A stretch of 55,422 nucleotides of DNA, counting the filler, from Bipalium vagum (taxonomy: Eukaryota): assembly GCA_037834085.1 (NCBI GenBank). It is 3 parts of 3 records of this genome, joined end to end, with 100 filler letters (N's around TTAATTAATTAA, not from the genome) between each part and the next. Parts side by side here need not be neighbours in the genome. Positions count along the whole stretch, not along the records: positions 1 to 20,165 come from JBBMKC010258966.1; 2 more parts are not named here. One strand, 5' to 3'. Below the pieces are notes generated by a model. The model worked only from the letters and a program-made list of their open reading frames with translations, was not told the DNA's origin and made no database searches. Each line of letters begins with the position of its first letter. The first letter of the stretch is position 1. Made by a program: the position numbers and the translations under genes. Of the stretch, positions 1-13,300 are shown in pieces.

Positions 1-1377
1 AATGCGTGTTCTGAGATGACGCTGTGTCTCTCCTATGTATAGATTATTACATCCATGACATGTAAATTGGTACACGAAATTAGCTCACAACACTATTGGT
101 GTATGGCTTTTGAATTTTAAATAATTTCTAGTTTTCGATGTCATATAAATATAAATTTTAATTGCAAGACTTGAGGTATAAAAATTCTCTGAGATTTAAT
201 TGATATTTGACATATTACTTTTTTATATTTATGACAGTTTCGAAGCAAATGTAAATTTATTAAATAAGTTCGTAAAACAAAACAATTTTATTTGACAGAA
301 TTAATTAATATTACAAATTGTATTTGTAATTTAATTATTTAAAATATTTTTAAGATATATAATATTATTTTATTTTATTATTTTTAGAAAAATAAACTAA
401 TATGTTTTCAAATATAACTTTAAGATAATTAGTTTAGTTGAGTTCTGAATATATTATTTATTATTATTATATATATTTTATTACTTTTTTTCAACATTTC
501 AAAAAGAAGGAACTGTAAAATATAAATTAATTAAACCTCAGATAAAATGTGTCTTTCAGCAATATATATGTCGAAGATTAAAATAGTATTAGTCTTCGCT
601 CATACCGTTCAAAGCTATGTTTGCCATTGACTTCATATCCTAAACTCCTATGACTTATTTGTTGTCAACAAAGATCACATTGAATCGACGAATAGAATTG
701 CACCATTTTTGTGATAAACCTATATTCTCTTTTTGGCAAACTGATGCTTGAGGGTGAGACATAATCGTGGCTTTTGACAAAATGTGGTATTATGTTATGG
801 AGTGCCATATTCTTTGGATTTCTGTCACCCCTTGTATTTACTAAATTTAATTGGAATGATCTTGGATGCATTGGTGAAATGTGAAACCAGTAATATTTCC
901 ATTAATGGAAACACTCCCACACAAAATTCCAATTGTAATTCTTACAATTAGAATTAATAAAATGACAATTATATTTACAACACTTATAACCTATTGAATA
1001 TCCATTGTACATATTGATAGTAGTAATAATTGATAGTAAGCTATGGTATTCTATTGGTACTCCTTAAAAATTGGATGAATTAAAAAATCTACTTCGACAA
1101 ATATGGAACAACATAACTAAATGTGAAATAAATCCTCTAATTAAAGCCACGCCAAGACAAATCCAAAACTGTGTAGTAAGATGTTGAGATATGATTGGAT
1201 ATTGATATCTCTCTGTTTTCCATTTAAATTTATTAATTTCATAAAATTTGGTCAAGTACATTTAATGATTTAATTTGTTCAGTTTTATTACTTCTAGTGG
1301 TGCTTTTTTATTGAAAATGATTATTTTACAGCCAAATACATTTATAAAAATCCAAGGTTTACGGTAAAAATTTGATA

Positions 1378-4300
1378 TTAGATAAATCTCATAAGGTCAA
1401 TGAAAGAAATATCATTATTCACCTTCAAAGAATCCAATTGCTCTTCAAAAGTCTGATTTGGAGAAAATCTATAAGAAACTAATTCTTTATTGAAAATTTC
1501 CATCAAGTCATGAACAATAATCAAAAATATTTTTTCGATTTCATTTAATTTCTCATTTAATTCATGACAAGATCCCATAAGGTTATTGACAAGTTCAGAG
1601 GTCTTGTTAAGTTCCATTTCTGTTTCGAATGTCGTTGAATCCGTTACTCGTGTGTCTTCCAATAAATACAAATTCTCTAGAGATGAGAGATGATTCCTCT
1701 CTATTATTTTAATATTGAGAGACATTTGTATTCTCTATACATTTCAAATAAGATTTTTATAAAAAGTAAAAAATCCATACTTTTAGTTCCATTAAATTTT
1801 TCTGAACGAAAGATCTACTAATATTGGTTTCTGATATGAAATTTAATTTCTCTTTTAACGGTTCTAAAAATTGATCGATATTCTCAGGGATATTTAATAC
1901 TTGATTGTATGCTTTAGAAATTTTCAAAAAACCCCTCTTTAAATTTTCTATTAAATTTTTGATATTAATAGAACCATAAGTACTGTTTCTATAGTTACTA
2001 AATTTATTACTGAGATTAGAATCAATCATTTCCAATTGTATTTTAAGCTGTTTAATTCTTTCTATTAATTTATTTCCATTGTTAATGTGGCTAAAAAAGT
2101 TTTCTGCGGTCAATTCTTTAGACTGACTTAAATACTGTTCTAAGTCCCTCTTTGACACTGAATGCAGTACCATATCCTTCGAAGCGTCCAACCATGATTC
2201 ATAATCGGTCACCGTTTTGGATAAATCCAATTCCAGTGGATCTCGTAATGTATACATATTGGATATTTGGATTTCAAATTGGATTTCCAATTGACCATCA
2301 AATATTTCCAATGTTTTCCTGAAATCTACAACTTCTTTACAAACGAGCTCTTTCTCTATGTCAACTAAGTCTTCAATCAAATCCCAATTTGAAATTCTGA
2401 TAAAAATTACTTTATCCAATGCTAATTGGATTTGGGTGAAATCGTCTTCAAACCTACCTTGAGGCATCTTTCCATCATATTTTAAAAAGGAAAATTTCTT
2501 CTTAAGCTCACCAGACGTGTTTTGATTTGTGAGGATAATCTTCCAATTTCTTGACAAATTCTCCTTCCTCAAAATCATTTTCTTATGGGAAGCTGACATC
2601 AAAATCCTAAATTCATCATCAGTCAATACTTCGGGCTTAGTGATGGTCTTGTGGTAGTCAACTAAAGTGTCCAACATTCCAGATATTTGTGAAAAAGAAA
2701 GATTCCAACTTTCTCTATCAGTACATAACATATCAAACCTATTCAGTTTTTCCTCGCAATCATTAATATGGTTGCATATTGATTCAATTGCTCTTTCTTT
2801 ATTCATCATTGATGACTTCTTATTTTGGACAGTCTTTAACGCTAATTCCAGGTCCCTCTCGAATTCTTTTACACAAACTTTTTTCTGATGGTCTTCATTG
2901 AATTGTTCAATATATTTTTCAGAATTGGAGATGAAACCTAAAATATTAACCTTCAAGATTCTCAAGGTTTCTAGGTTTATTAGCAAAGATCTGTTATCAG
3001 AAATTTTTTCAATTTCTAAAGATCTAATTGCAACTTTTATAATAGGCTTATTTTGGATCAAAATTTCCAAAAAGTCGGAAATCAGCTGTTTGAGTGCTAA
3101 TTCGATACTCATTAAGTCTCCTTCCATATTCTCAACTGAGCCTTGCCACTTTGACAATTCTTCCTCTGAAATTTCATGCTGATTACTTTTTACTTGCTGA
3201 ATAATTTGTTTTAATGCTACTCTTGCAGACTCCAAGATTTCTTTTATGTGTATGAAGAGTATCGGTGACGTTTTAATTTGAAATATTTCTTGTAATTTAC
3301 TGATATCCGATCTTAAGTCTTCTATTCTCAACATCAACAGATCTCGTGGTAATGAAGTCATCGTTAAGTCGTCCAAATCGTAAAGCATTTGTTTTGGTTT
3401 CGTTATTGTGGTATCTATATGATCACAACAGTTGCCATCATTTAGCATATTTTTAAGGTTTTCTAATTTATCCAAATATTCCATTATATATTTCTGAATG
3501 GTTTTGAAATCATTAAGAGTTTTCAGTTTTATTAAATCTCCTTCTTTAAACCTATCGGTAAGATAGATTTCAGTTAGATCCTCAAAATCAAAGGTCTCTA
3601 ATATTTTCATTAGATCTATATCATTGCTTTCCATTTTTCTTTTTATTCTTTCATATTCAGTCATCATTTCATCATTGGTCCTGCCTTCTTGATATTTGTC
3701 AATTTCACCTGTTAATAGATCTAAAGAGTCTTTGATACAACCAAGATCATTTATCACATTCTTCAAAGTGTTCTCTTCAATTGTAAAGTTCTTTATGCTA
3801 TAAAAGACACTTTCGATTTCAATGATTTTCCATTCTACCTGATCTTCTTGCAATTGTTTCATTATATTGATAATCAATTGTTGATATTTTTCAACAAAAT
3901 CTTTTTTTGTCACACTTTGCAAAACTGCTTCTCGACATTTGATATCTACTACGACCTTATGCAATTCAAAACATTCCAGTCCATGGATATATGTTTCAAG
4001 TCTTTTGATCTTTTCAAATGGATCTTTCATAGGAATTATATCATTATATAAAAGTTGTTCAGCGGACTCAAGTCGATCTTTGAAAAGATCCAGTATAATT
4101 TGATTTTGTTCTAATTGTTTCCAGCATTGGATAATCTCCAGTTTTAAACATTTTAATTGATCAAAATTTATTTGGACATTTCTCAAAGCTTCGTAACGAT
4201 TTCCATGGATTTCCCACGTTTCATAGAAATCCACGATACACTGGGCTGCTTTATCGATTCTTGAACTGATCTCAATGTATGCCAAAAGGTTTTCAGTATT

Positions 4301-7300
4301 TCTCATTGCATTGTTCAGAAACTGAATATCAAATGTGGTCTTCTCTAAAATTTCTTTTGATCCTTGCAGTACTTTGTGGAAGGTGACTTTCTCCAAAATC
4401 ATGTCTATTGTTTTTGATAAAGTACGGATCCTGTCAAGTTCTTTTTCAATTAATTGATCAACTTCTAACTTTTCGCAACAAACCCATTGATCGTTTGTCC
4501 ATTTGGACAGTAATTTTTTCTCAGATTCTTTTATTTGAAGAGATAATTTCTTGAGATCATTAATTCCTTCCTCAGACATTTCCACAGGATCTTCATCATT
4601 CAATAATTCTTTCTCAGGAGTTTTAACAGTTGACTGGGAGTTGGATAAAATAGATTGTATCATCATTATATCAACTTTCAACTGGTTAACATCAATATAG
4701 AACCCTTCAACTCTACTCTCGAATTCTAAAATTCTTTTTTCAGATTCATTCAAGTTCCTTCTTAGAATCCTGTCATTTCCATTATGTTTCAGTGAATTTA
4801 TTTCTTGCTTGATTTCTTCTATCTTTTCTTCTATTATATCAATGGGTATCGAAGATTCTGAAGACGTACATAGGTCCATTAGCTTTCCTAAACGATTTTC
4901 AATCTTTTCAAGACTGGAATGAAAATTCGACTGAGAATCCTCCAGTTCTTCTTTATCTTCTTCTTGTCCCCAAATTTTAAAATTAAGAAATGAAATATTT
5001 TTCCGAAATTTACTAACCAAATTATTTCTCTCTTTATCAAGAATAGTGAGCTCTTGGAAATTATATGCATTTTCTATCTGGACCATATTAAGCTTCTGTT
5101 GTACGTTCAACAGGACTCGTCTTTTGATCAATAGATCATCGGACAATTTCCAATCATTATTGTTCAAATGGACATAGCATTCTTTAATCATTTCCTCATA
5201 GATTTTGTTGATTTCATCGATCATTTCACTTTTCTCCTTGATTGCTTGCAATATTGTATAGAGTTTTTTGTCTAGATCACTCTTCAATGAAGTCAACATA
5301 TTTACTTTTGATACACATGAAATGCCAATATCCTCATTCAGCTCTGAAACCTGAGCCATGATCTTTCCAATGGTTTTCAAATCGGTATTGGTTTCGTCCA
5401 ATATTTGGTGAAGTTCTCCCAGATGTAAAGAGTTTTTACTGTCTTTCATTCTTTCTAAGAAGATCTCCACATTTTTCATAGATCTATTGTGAATGTTTTC
5501 AAATAACATCACTTTGGCCTTTACATGATCTTCGATTTTCAGCAATTTCAGATTGGACTTGTTCGATTCCAACTCTTTTAATATTATTTTATTTTTCATA
5601 CAAGTTTCCAGCAGGTCGTGAACTTCACGAATATCTAACACGGTTTTGCACATCTGTCCATTGTGTTGGATCTCATTCAACTTGGTCATAATCTCATTTA
5701 TTTTGATCAAATCTTTATTTGTCAGTTCTAAGAAATAATTTTTTATGTAAGTTTGTTCAAACAATTCCATCTCTTCCACACATTTGACAAGGTTAGTCTT
5801 TTGTTCAAGAAACTGATGGACTGCATTGAAGATGGGTCGGATTACAGATTCCACCTTTTCATTACATTCATCGATTGTTTGGCAAATTTCACGTTTTTGT
5901 AAAGAATTAATGTTATCCTTGGCATATGGATCTGGTAGATTAAAACAATTCTGCTGAATTTCTGTGATCAATTGACGATATATCTTTATATCCTTCAATA
6001 ATTTATTTATCTCAATGATTGATGTTTCAGTTAATCGTACTCTGTTACTCAAGTCTTCACAAGCCTGAAGAACCTGTCCAACAAAGAAATCCAACTGCGA
6101 GGATAATTCCTTTGACCCTATCTTCAGGGTATCAATTGCTTCTCTGCAAACTTCTTCTGATCCTCCTTCAGAATTCATTGATTGGATAGTGGCATTTATT
6201 TTTTCATCTAACAACATTGCTCTAGTCTTCAGAGTTTTCATACTTTCCGAATCCGAAACTGAATTTCTCTCTAATATCACTTTTAGTTGATGTCTTAACT
6301 GATGAAGTTTATCTTTTGTCGCCATTGCTTCATTTCCTGAATAATTATCAAGGGAAACGTTTATGACCTTTTTCAGGTCACCATAGTCTAAGAATATGTC
6401 GTCTATTTTCCAGCTTTCTTCTTGGACATTTTTCATGATTTCATACTTTTTCACTATTTTATTGATAAGAAATCGGATATTTTCTACATCACATTGACAG
6501 TTGGAAGCAACTTCAGTATCTAATTCTTGGATTTTCTCCATTGTATTTTTCATAATTTCCAAACTGTTTCGAGCTTCGTCCAAGACTTTTTCGGTGTTTT
6601 GCACATGGGATTCTTTGAAATCGTCAGTAAATTCATTTAAGAAATTGTTCATTTCCAATGATGATTTTTCATGAATATTTTTGAAGATCTTCAAGGATTC
6701 ATGAATTCTTTCTTTATTTTCTGTTATCTTTAATTTCCGATCGGCCATACTTAAAACGATCTTCGTTAATCTATCTTTATTTTCAGTGGCCGTCAGACAA
6801 AGATCACTTATTTCTTGGACATTTAATACAATTTTGCACATATCCATACTTTCTCGGATATCCGTCAAGTTTACCATGATATTGTTAATCTCTTCTAATT
6901 TCTGATCAAATTCAATGTCATCCACCAACTCCTGTTCCAAAACATCAATTTTCGACGAAAGATTTTTAATGATTTTTTCATTAATTTGAAACTGTTTGAT
7001 GGCTTCATCAAGAGGGTTTTTAACGGTTTCAGCACATTTCAAGCACTCGTTGATCTTTCTACTCAAAGAGGATTGCATCTGAATAATTTGGTCATTGAAA
7101 ACTGGACTGACAATGTTTAGACTGTTCGATTGGATCTCGGAAATTTTATTAAGGTTTCTGTCTATGGATCCTATTAACAAGTTGATATTGACAATTGATG
7201 AGTGAGAATTTTTGACGATCTTTTCCAAATCCGAAAATAGATTATTGGAAATGGATTTCACTTCCCCAAAGTAGCTGATCAATTGGTTCTTCAGCTCATT

Positions 7301-10300
7301 AAACTTTCTTCGTTTCACTCTTTCTTTCTCCAGATCCACGTTAATGGGTTCCGTTTCTTTTTCTATTTTTCTTTGTAAAGCCAAGGCTTTTTCAACAACG
7401 CCGTCAATCTCTTCAAATTTTGGATATGTTTTATTATTAATTATTAACAAAATCTGTTTGTCCAATCTTAGAAAATTTCCCTTTCGTCTTTCTAATATCT
7501 CCATTAAATCAACGTCTGAATCTATTGGATTTTCATTCTCGAACTCTCCAACCAACTCATCAAACTTAGAGTTGATTTCATCCAATTTCTTGTGTCCTTC
7601 TTCAATAACCTTACCAATTTCTTCATATTTTCTATTCACTATTTCAATGAGAGAACTGACGTTTTCTATTTCCACCTTGAACGGTGAAACATCGTCTATG
7701 CTCATCTCGTTGGCACTTTCTAACGTAGTTTTCAATATCTCTAATTTCTCACCAGACTCGGTCAGGACCTGTTTGATTTTTTCTTCACTACACGTTGCCT
7801 TTTTACATTGGATCATATCCAGATATAGTTTCAAACTGGAGGAAGCCTCATCTGCAACCTTCATGAACTTTTCCTTAAAGTCTTTCCTTTGGTTTTCCAG
7901 TTCTTTCAGCTTTGATTGATAGTCGACCATTTCTGAATAAAGATTTTTCAACTTGTCTTTATTTTCTGTAATATTATTTTCCAGATGATGAACGTCTTGG
8001 ACATCAAACTTCTGATTATAAGCGATCATATTTTCCAAAAGCTTGTCTAACCTATTTTTTATATTATCAATTTCTATCAGCTCTTTATCGATGCCTACAA
8101 CGTCTTTCTTTTCATTGGAGTTTTTATTCAAACTGTCGATTTCTTTGGACAATTGTTCCAAGATTTCCTCATCTTTTTGAATTTGAATACAGAATTTATC
8201 AATGGGGTTTGCTGTCTTTTCTACAGATCTCAAACATTCAACAATTTGTTGAGATATAAAAATTTCAGTTTCAATAAATATATTTGGAAAAGAGGACTCT
8301 TCAAATTTTATTTCTCGAGAATGAATGATTCTCAATGACGAGACCCTTTCAACGATTAATGCCAGAACAAATTCAACATCCTTTATTGATTTCGACGGAG
8401 AAACAATTATATTTTCCAAGTCAGAGATGAGATTGTTTAATTGTGATATTATGAGTTCTACTTCTTTGTTTAAATCGACAATTTTTCTGTTTTTGTCAGT
8501 TAATTCGTTCAACAAGTTCAAAGAATCATTCAATGATCTGTGGAACAATTCTTCACCATTCTTTTCATTCTCTTTGGTCTTGATCAATTTTTGTAAACTT
8601 TCACTTATTAGTTTAATCGAAAATTTTATCAGCTCAGTTACTTTCAAGTGATCTGGGAGCTGTTCCTTATTTACTTCTTGGTCAGAATGAACAATATCAA
8701 GAAGGTCATTCTCCATGAATTTCTGATAATCTGTGATACCACAATATTTTAAAATTAAATCCAGAATATCTTGAGCTCTAGTTTTATTTTCGGAACTATC
8801 TTCAATAGGGTCAAGGTCTCTTGAGTGATGGAATAATTTGTGAATTTCTTTCGTTTCTTCATAGAATTCCAAAATCTTTAAATAATTATTAGTTATAACG
8901 TCTACATCATTACTGTTCCAAATATTTTTTTCAAACCAACTATTTTTTACCTGGGGGTCAGATATCGGTTCAATGTTTGGATCGTTACAATCTTCTGGAT
9001 TTTCTTTCAAGATTAAGAAATCTTCAATTATTTGTTTTTTATTTTGATATTTTCTGACCACTTGATCTAACTTCTCCTCCATTAAAGATTCAAATACCAT
9101 TTCGTTTTCTTCAAATCTTTTCTTAACATCCTCTAGTTTTCGACCCAGTAATGACAAATGTTCTGTAAATAATTTACTTAATTTATCTTGAACATCAAAT
9201 ATTTTATCACCTCCTAAAAACTCTACATCAATCTCATTCAGATTCTTTTCTACATCATCAATATTTACCTGGAGATCATCTGTTTCACTGATCAAATCCA
9301 GTTTTGTTTGTGAGGTGACCATCAGTTCCTTACAAAGTTGCAAAGCTTTGTCCAATTCATTGAGAGATACGTCGTGTATTTCTGAACTTTCAAAAGCTTC
9401 AAGGAGCTTTCTTGTTAACAATATCTCTTCATGAACAGTCTTTAGATTCTCACAATTCGACTGCAGCTTATGAACGAGTGATTCTGATGATTTGTCATTG
9501 ATTCTCAAAATATCTTCAGATATCTGTAAAGGAATGTTATCTAAGATTTCATTATGATTCTTAATTGTTCGTTGGACTTCATTAACAAGTAGAAAATCTA
9601 TGGAACGACAAAGTCCATCAATGAGTTGCTGAACTTCTTCTTGAAGTGGGTTCTTGAAATTTCCTAATAATGATAAAGCATCTGGATTTTGAAGCTTAAG
9701 AAATTTTTCAATCAGTTTGTCAAAGGTTCTCTTAATTTCCATCAATTCCTCTCTGTCTTTGATGTTGCTGTTATCCACTGACTTTTGCATACCTTCCAAA
9801 CCACATAAAACTTCATTTAAGCCTTCTGTTTGCTTAGCGTAATCTTCTTCTATCACACCCATCTGTAAATATATTTCATTCAAATTGGAGTAGTCTAATT
9901 CACGAAGACTTTCTGACAACTTTCCATTTTCAGACAAAAATTTCCCGTTTTTCACATTTCTTGAAAAGAAGAAGGCATTGTTCACATTCACAAAACATTC
10001 GAATTTCCATTTCTTTAGATCTTCCATATTTTGAATCCTGGAAATAAAGGGATTTTCACTATGAAGATCAGTTAAAAAGCTTTTCGTTGTCTCGTATTTG
10101 AAAAGCATTTCTGTCAGGGCCTTTTCGTTTCTTTTATGGTAATTAAAATCTTCTAAATTGCAATTCACAATAATAATTTGTTGCAGATCTTCGTTTATGA
10201 ATTCTAATGCCTCTTCTATTGCCTTACTACAACACATTTTATGGTCCAAGAGAATATCTTTTGCCATTGAAAAAGAATTTCTGTAATTATTCTCATCTAT

Positions 10301-13300
10301 AAATTGCAGGTTGCACTCAATATTTTCTATACAGGCTTCCATTATTTCTTTAATCGTTGTGGTTACTGCCTTACTCCCTTGTACATCAACACGATCAGAA
10401 TTTTTTTCCGATTCAGAAAAATGCTCATGTAAAGAATTCATGGACTGGGTATTTTGTCCATCAATAAAGTCTTCCACCTCTGTTTCTTCTGAAGAATCTC
10501 GACTTTTGTTCAAATCTTGTCGCTTACATAAACACGATGTGACAAGTAAATTATTTTGACGAAATAATTCCTCAGCCTCCATTTCCATCTTATCACATAC
10601 GGAATTAATACTTTCAATTGTTCCCATTAACATTTTTGCAACATTCACATCCTTGGATTCTATTTCTATATATTTGGCTTCAGCAAAAGTAGCAGTAGTT
10701 TTATGGAGAACTTTCATTTGTTCTACAATTCTTTCTTGCTGCTTCAATTCCATCAACAAATCGTCTTCCGACTTTAAATCCACCTCTTTTAAGCTCGTGA
10801 ATTGTGAATGTAAATCCATAACTGATTTCATGCTACTTGAGATTTCTTCTTTGTATTGAAGAGCTTGAGACACGTGGAGTCCTGCAAATCATAAAAATGA
10901 AATGAAATTAAAAATAACAACAACTGATATTATAAATGATCTGTGAAAGATTCTCAAGATAGTTCTTTGGTCACACTAAAATAATGACAGTCTTTTAATT
11001 CGCATTTCACTGTTTCAAAATATAAGAGAGAAATTTAAAAGAAATGTTTTTAAAATGAAATTTCTAAACAATTTTCGACAAGATGTTTTACTTAATGTTC
11101 GATTTAAATCATGAACTGAAATTAATTGAGTTAAAAAAGGACAAAAATCTTATAATTTATTGGTTTTAATAAATATCTACTGCTGCTGTTTATCTTCAAA
11201 TGTTTGATTTAATTCCAGTGAAAATCATTGGAGTAATATTGGCAATTTCCATACCATATATTTTGAGTCACGTGATATGAAAAATTCTGATAATTTATGA
11301 TAATTATGATAACACCCGGAAATCATACTAATCTAAACATATTCAGTACAGATGACAATTGATATACGGAAAATATAACAAACATCGAAGTTTAATCAAA
11401 TGTGAGTCTCTGAAATTATTTCGTTTTATTATTTTAATATGCATTGTTGCAGTAAAAATATTCTAGTCTCATAATGTTACAGAGGATTATTACTAGATCA
11501 CAATGAATCGTGGGTAAATTCTTATCTACTATAATAAGTATAAATTGTATTATTATTGGAGAAAAGTAGCTTCACAGTCCATTGGGATTCGAAACCCATT
11601 AAAATATCCATAAGTAAGTGGAGCCACTTTTAGAAAATATAAAAGAATCTTTAGACGATCTGTAATTTTTTGAGACGTAACAATCCCATATTTTTAAAAA
11701 ATATTTTAAAAAATATCTTTTCTACAGACATAGAAAGAGATTTGAAAGAGAAAAGTCGAGTTTTGTACAATGTTTAGCTAATTTTATTTTCTCATTATAT
11801 TATATTTTTAGTCACTGTTTTGAGCTAAATGATTTTCCAATCAGATTAATTAACTCAGGATAATTAGAAAAATAAATATTTAAATAAATAATTTTCTATA
11901 TCTACATAAAAGTGATAAACAAAACGAAACTTTAAATGCTGATCTTGTGATTTGTTTTACTCATTTTTGAGGTCTTATATAAAATGGTTGTATTTTTGAT
12001 AAAGTATACATTATTTCTTATTAAATTAATTTTCTAATATAAAATTATTCATTTTGAAATATTATTCTAATTATTTTTCTTCAATTTTATATTTTTTATA
12101 TAATTTTATAAAATTCTATATCTTTTGTATATAAATCTTTCAAGGCTAATATTTAGTAATCAAAATCCAAAATCACATTAAAATAGGTAGTGTTGCATAA
12201 GCGATATATGAATTTTAAGTGTCATATTTAAAGTTTTAGAAAAATGCAGAAAGAATAAATACATGCAGTAATTAAATATTTGAATATTAAAGGATTAAGT
12301 TGAATGGCAATATGCAACATTAAATGAATAATCACTCACATTAAAAACTGTTTAAAAGTGGGTTTTATGAATTTAGTTGTGGTGGTGTGAGCATTAAAGG
12401 TGCACCACAATCTGGTAGACCAAAAACAGCAACCGAAGAAATGGATACAAATATCCAAGAAATCGTGTTGACATACAGTAGATTAAAATTGATTCATATT
12501 GCTGAAACTACGAATATCTCAAAAGAACGTATTCACCACATTTTGCATGAAGAATTAGGTATGAGAAAGCTGTTTGCAAGATGGGTATCCCGTTTAATAA
12601 CACGTCTCCAAAGACAACGTTGTTTGGCAACTTCGGAGCAGTGCTTGCAGCTTATCATCCAGATTTCCTTTAACAATTTATTACTGTTCACTAAAGCTGG
12701 CTTCATCATTACATGTCGGATACAAAATTTTAATCTTTGCAATAGGCAGGAAAGGGTGAAACTACTTGATAAATTGATCCAGCATATTCTTGAGAAATGT
12801 CCAAATCTGTCGAGGAAAAAAATTTTTTACTTCATGATATTCGAAGTATCATGAAAAACATCACACATCTAGTTGGAAAAAATTAAAAATCTGCACTTTG
12901 AATTAGTTCCACACCCACCCTATTCTCCGGATCTGGCCCCGTCATATTTTCGAGACCTCGATAAATTGGCCTACAATAATGGCATAAAAAATTTTGAAAA
13001 AGTTTAATAAGGTGTATTCAACTTGTAAGAGACTACATTAAAAAATAATTTGTTTTTATCTTTTGATTTGATTTTTTTCATATTTATTCACTAAACTTTT
13101 CAACCTACCCTCCTAAATATTATAAAACTTTTTAAAAATATTTAATTAAATAAATAATGAAAACATATGAATCAAAAACATTCAAACTTTCACATAAAAA
13201 TTAAATTAATAGTACTTTAAAATAAAAAAAAATAGTATATTATATTAATGTACGAATATTTATAAAAATAAATTAACAAGTTTAAATATAATTTTAAATT

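Noticed and set aside
2667-10859. Plus-strand ORFs inside the giant exon (e.g. 7344-7919, 191 aa)
   Set aside because: S/F/I/L-rich antisense shadows of an E/K/N/D-rich coding strand; no independent evidence.
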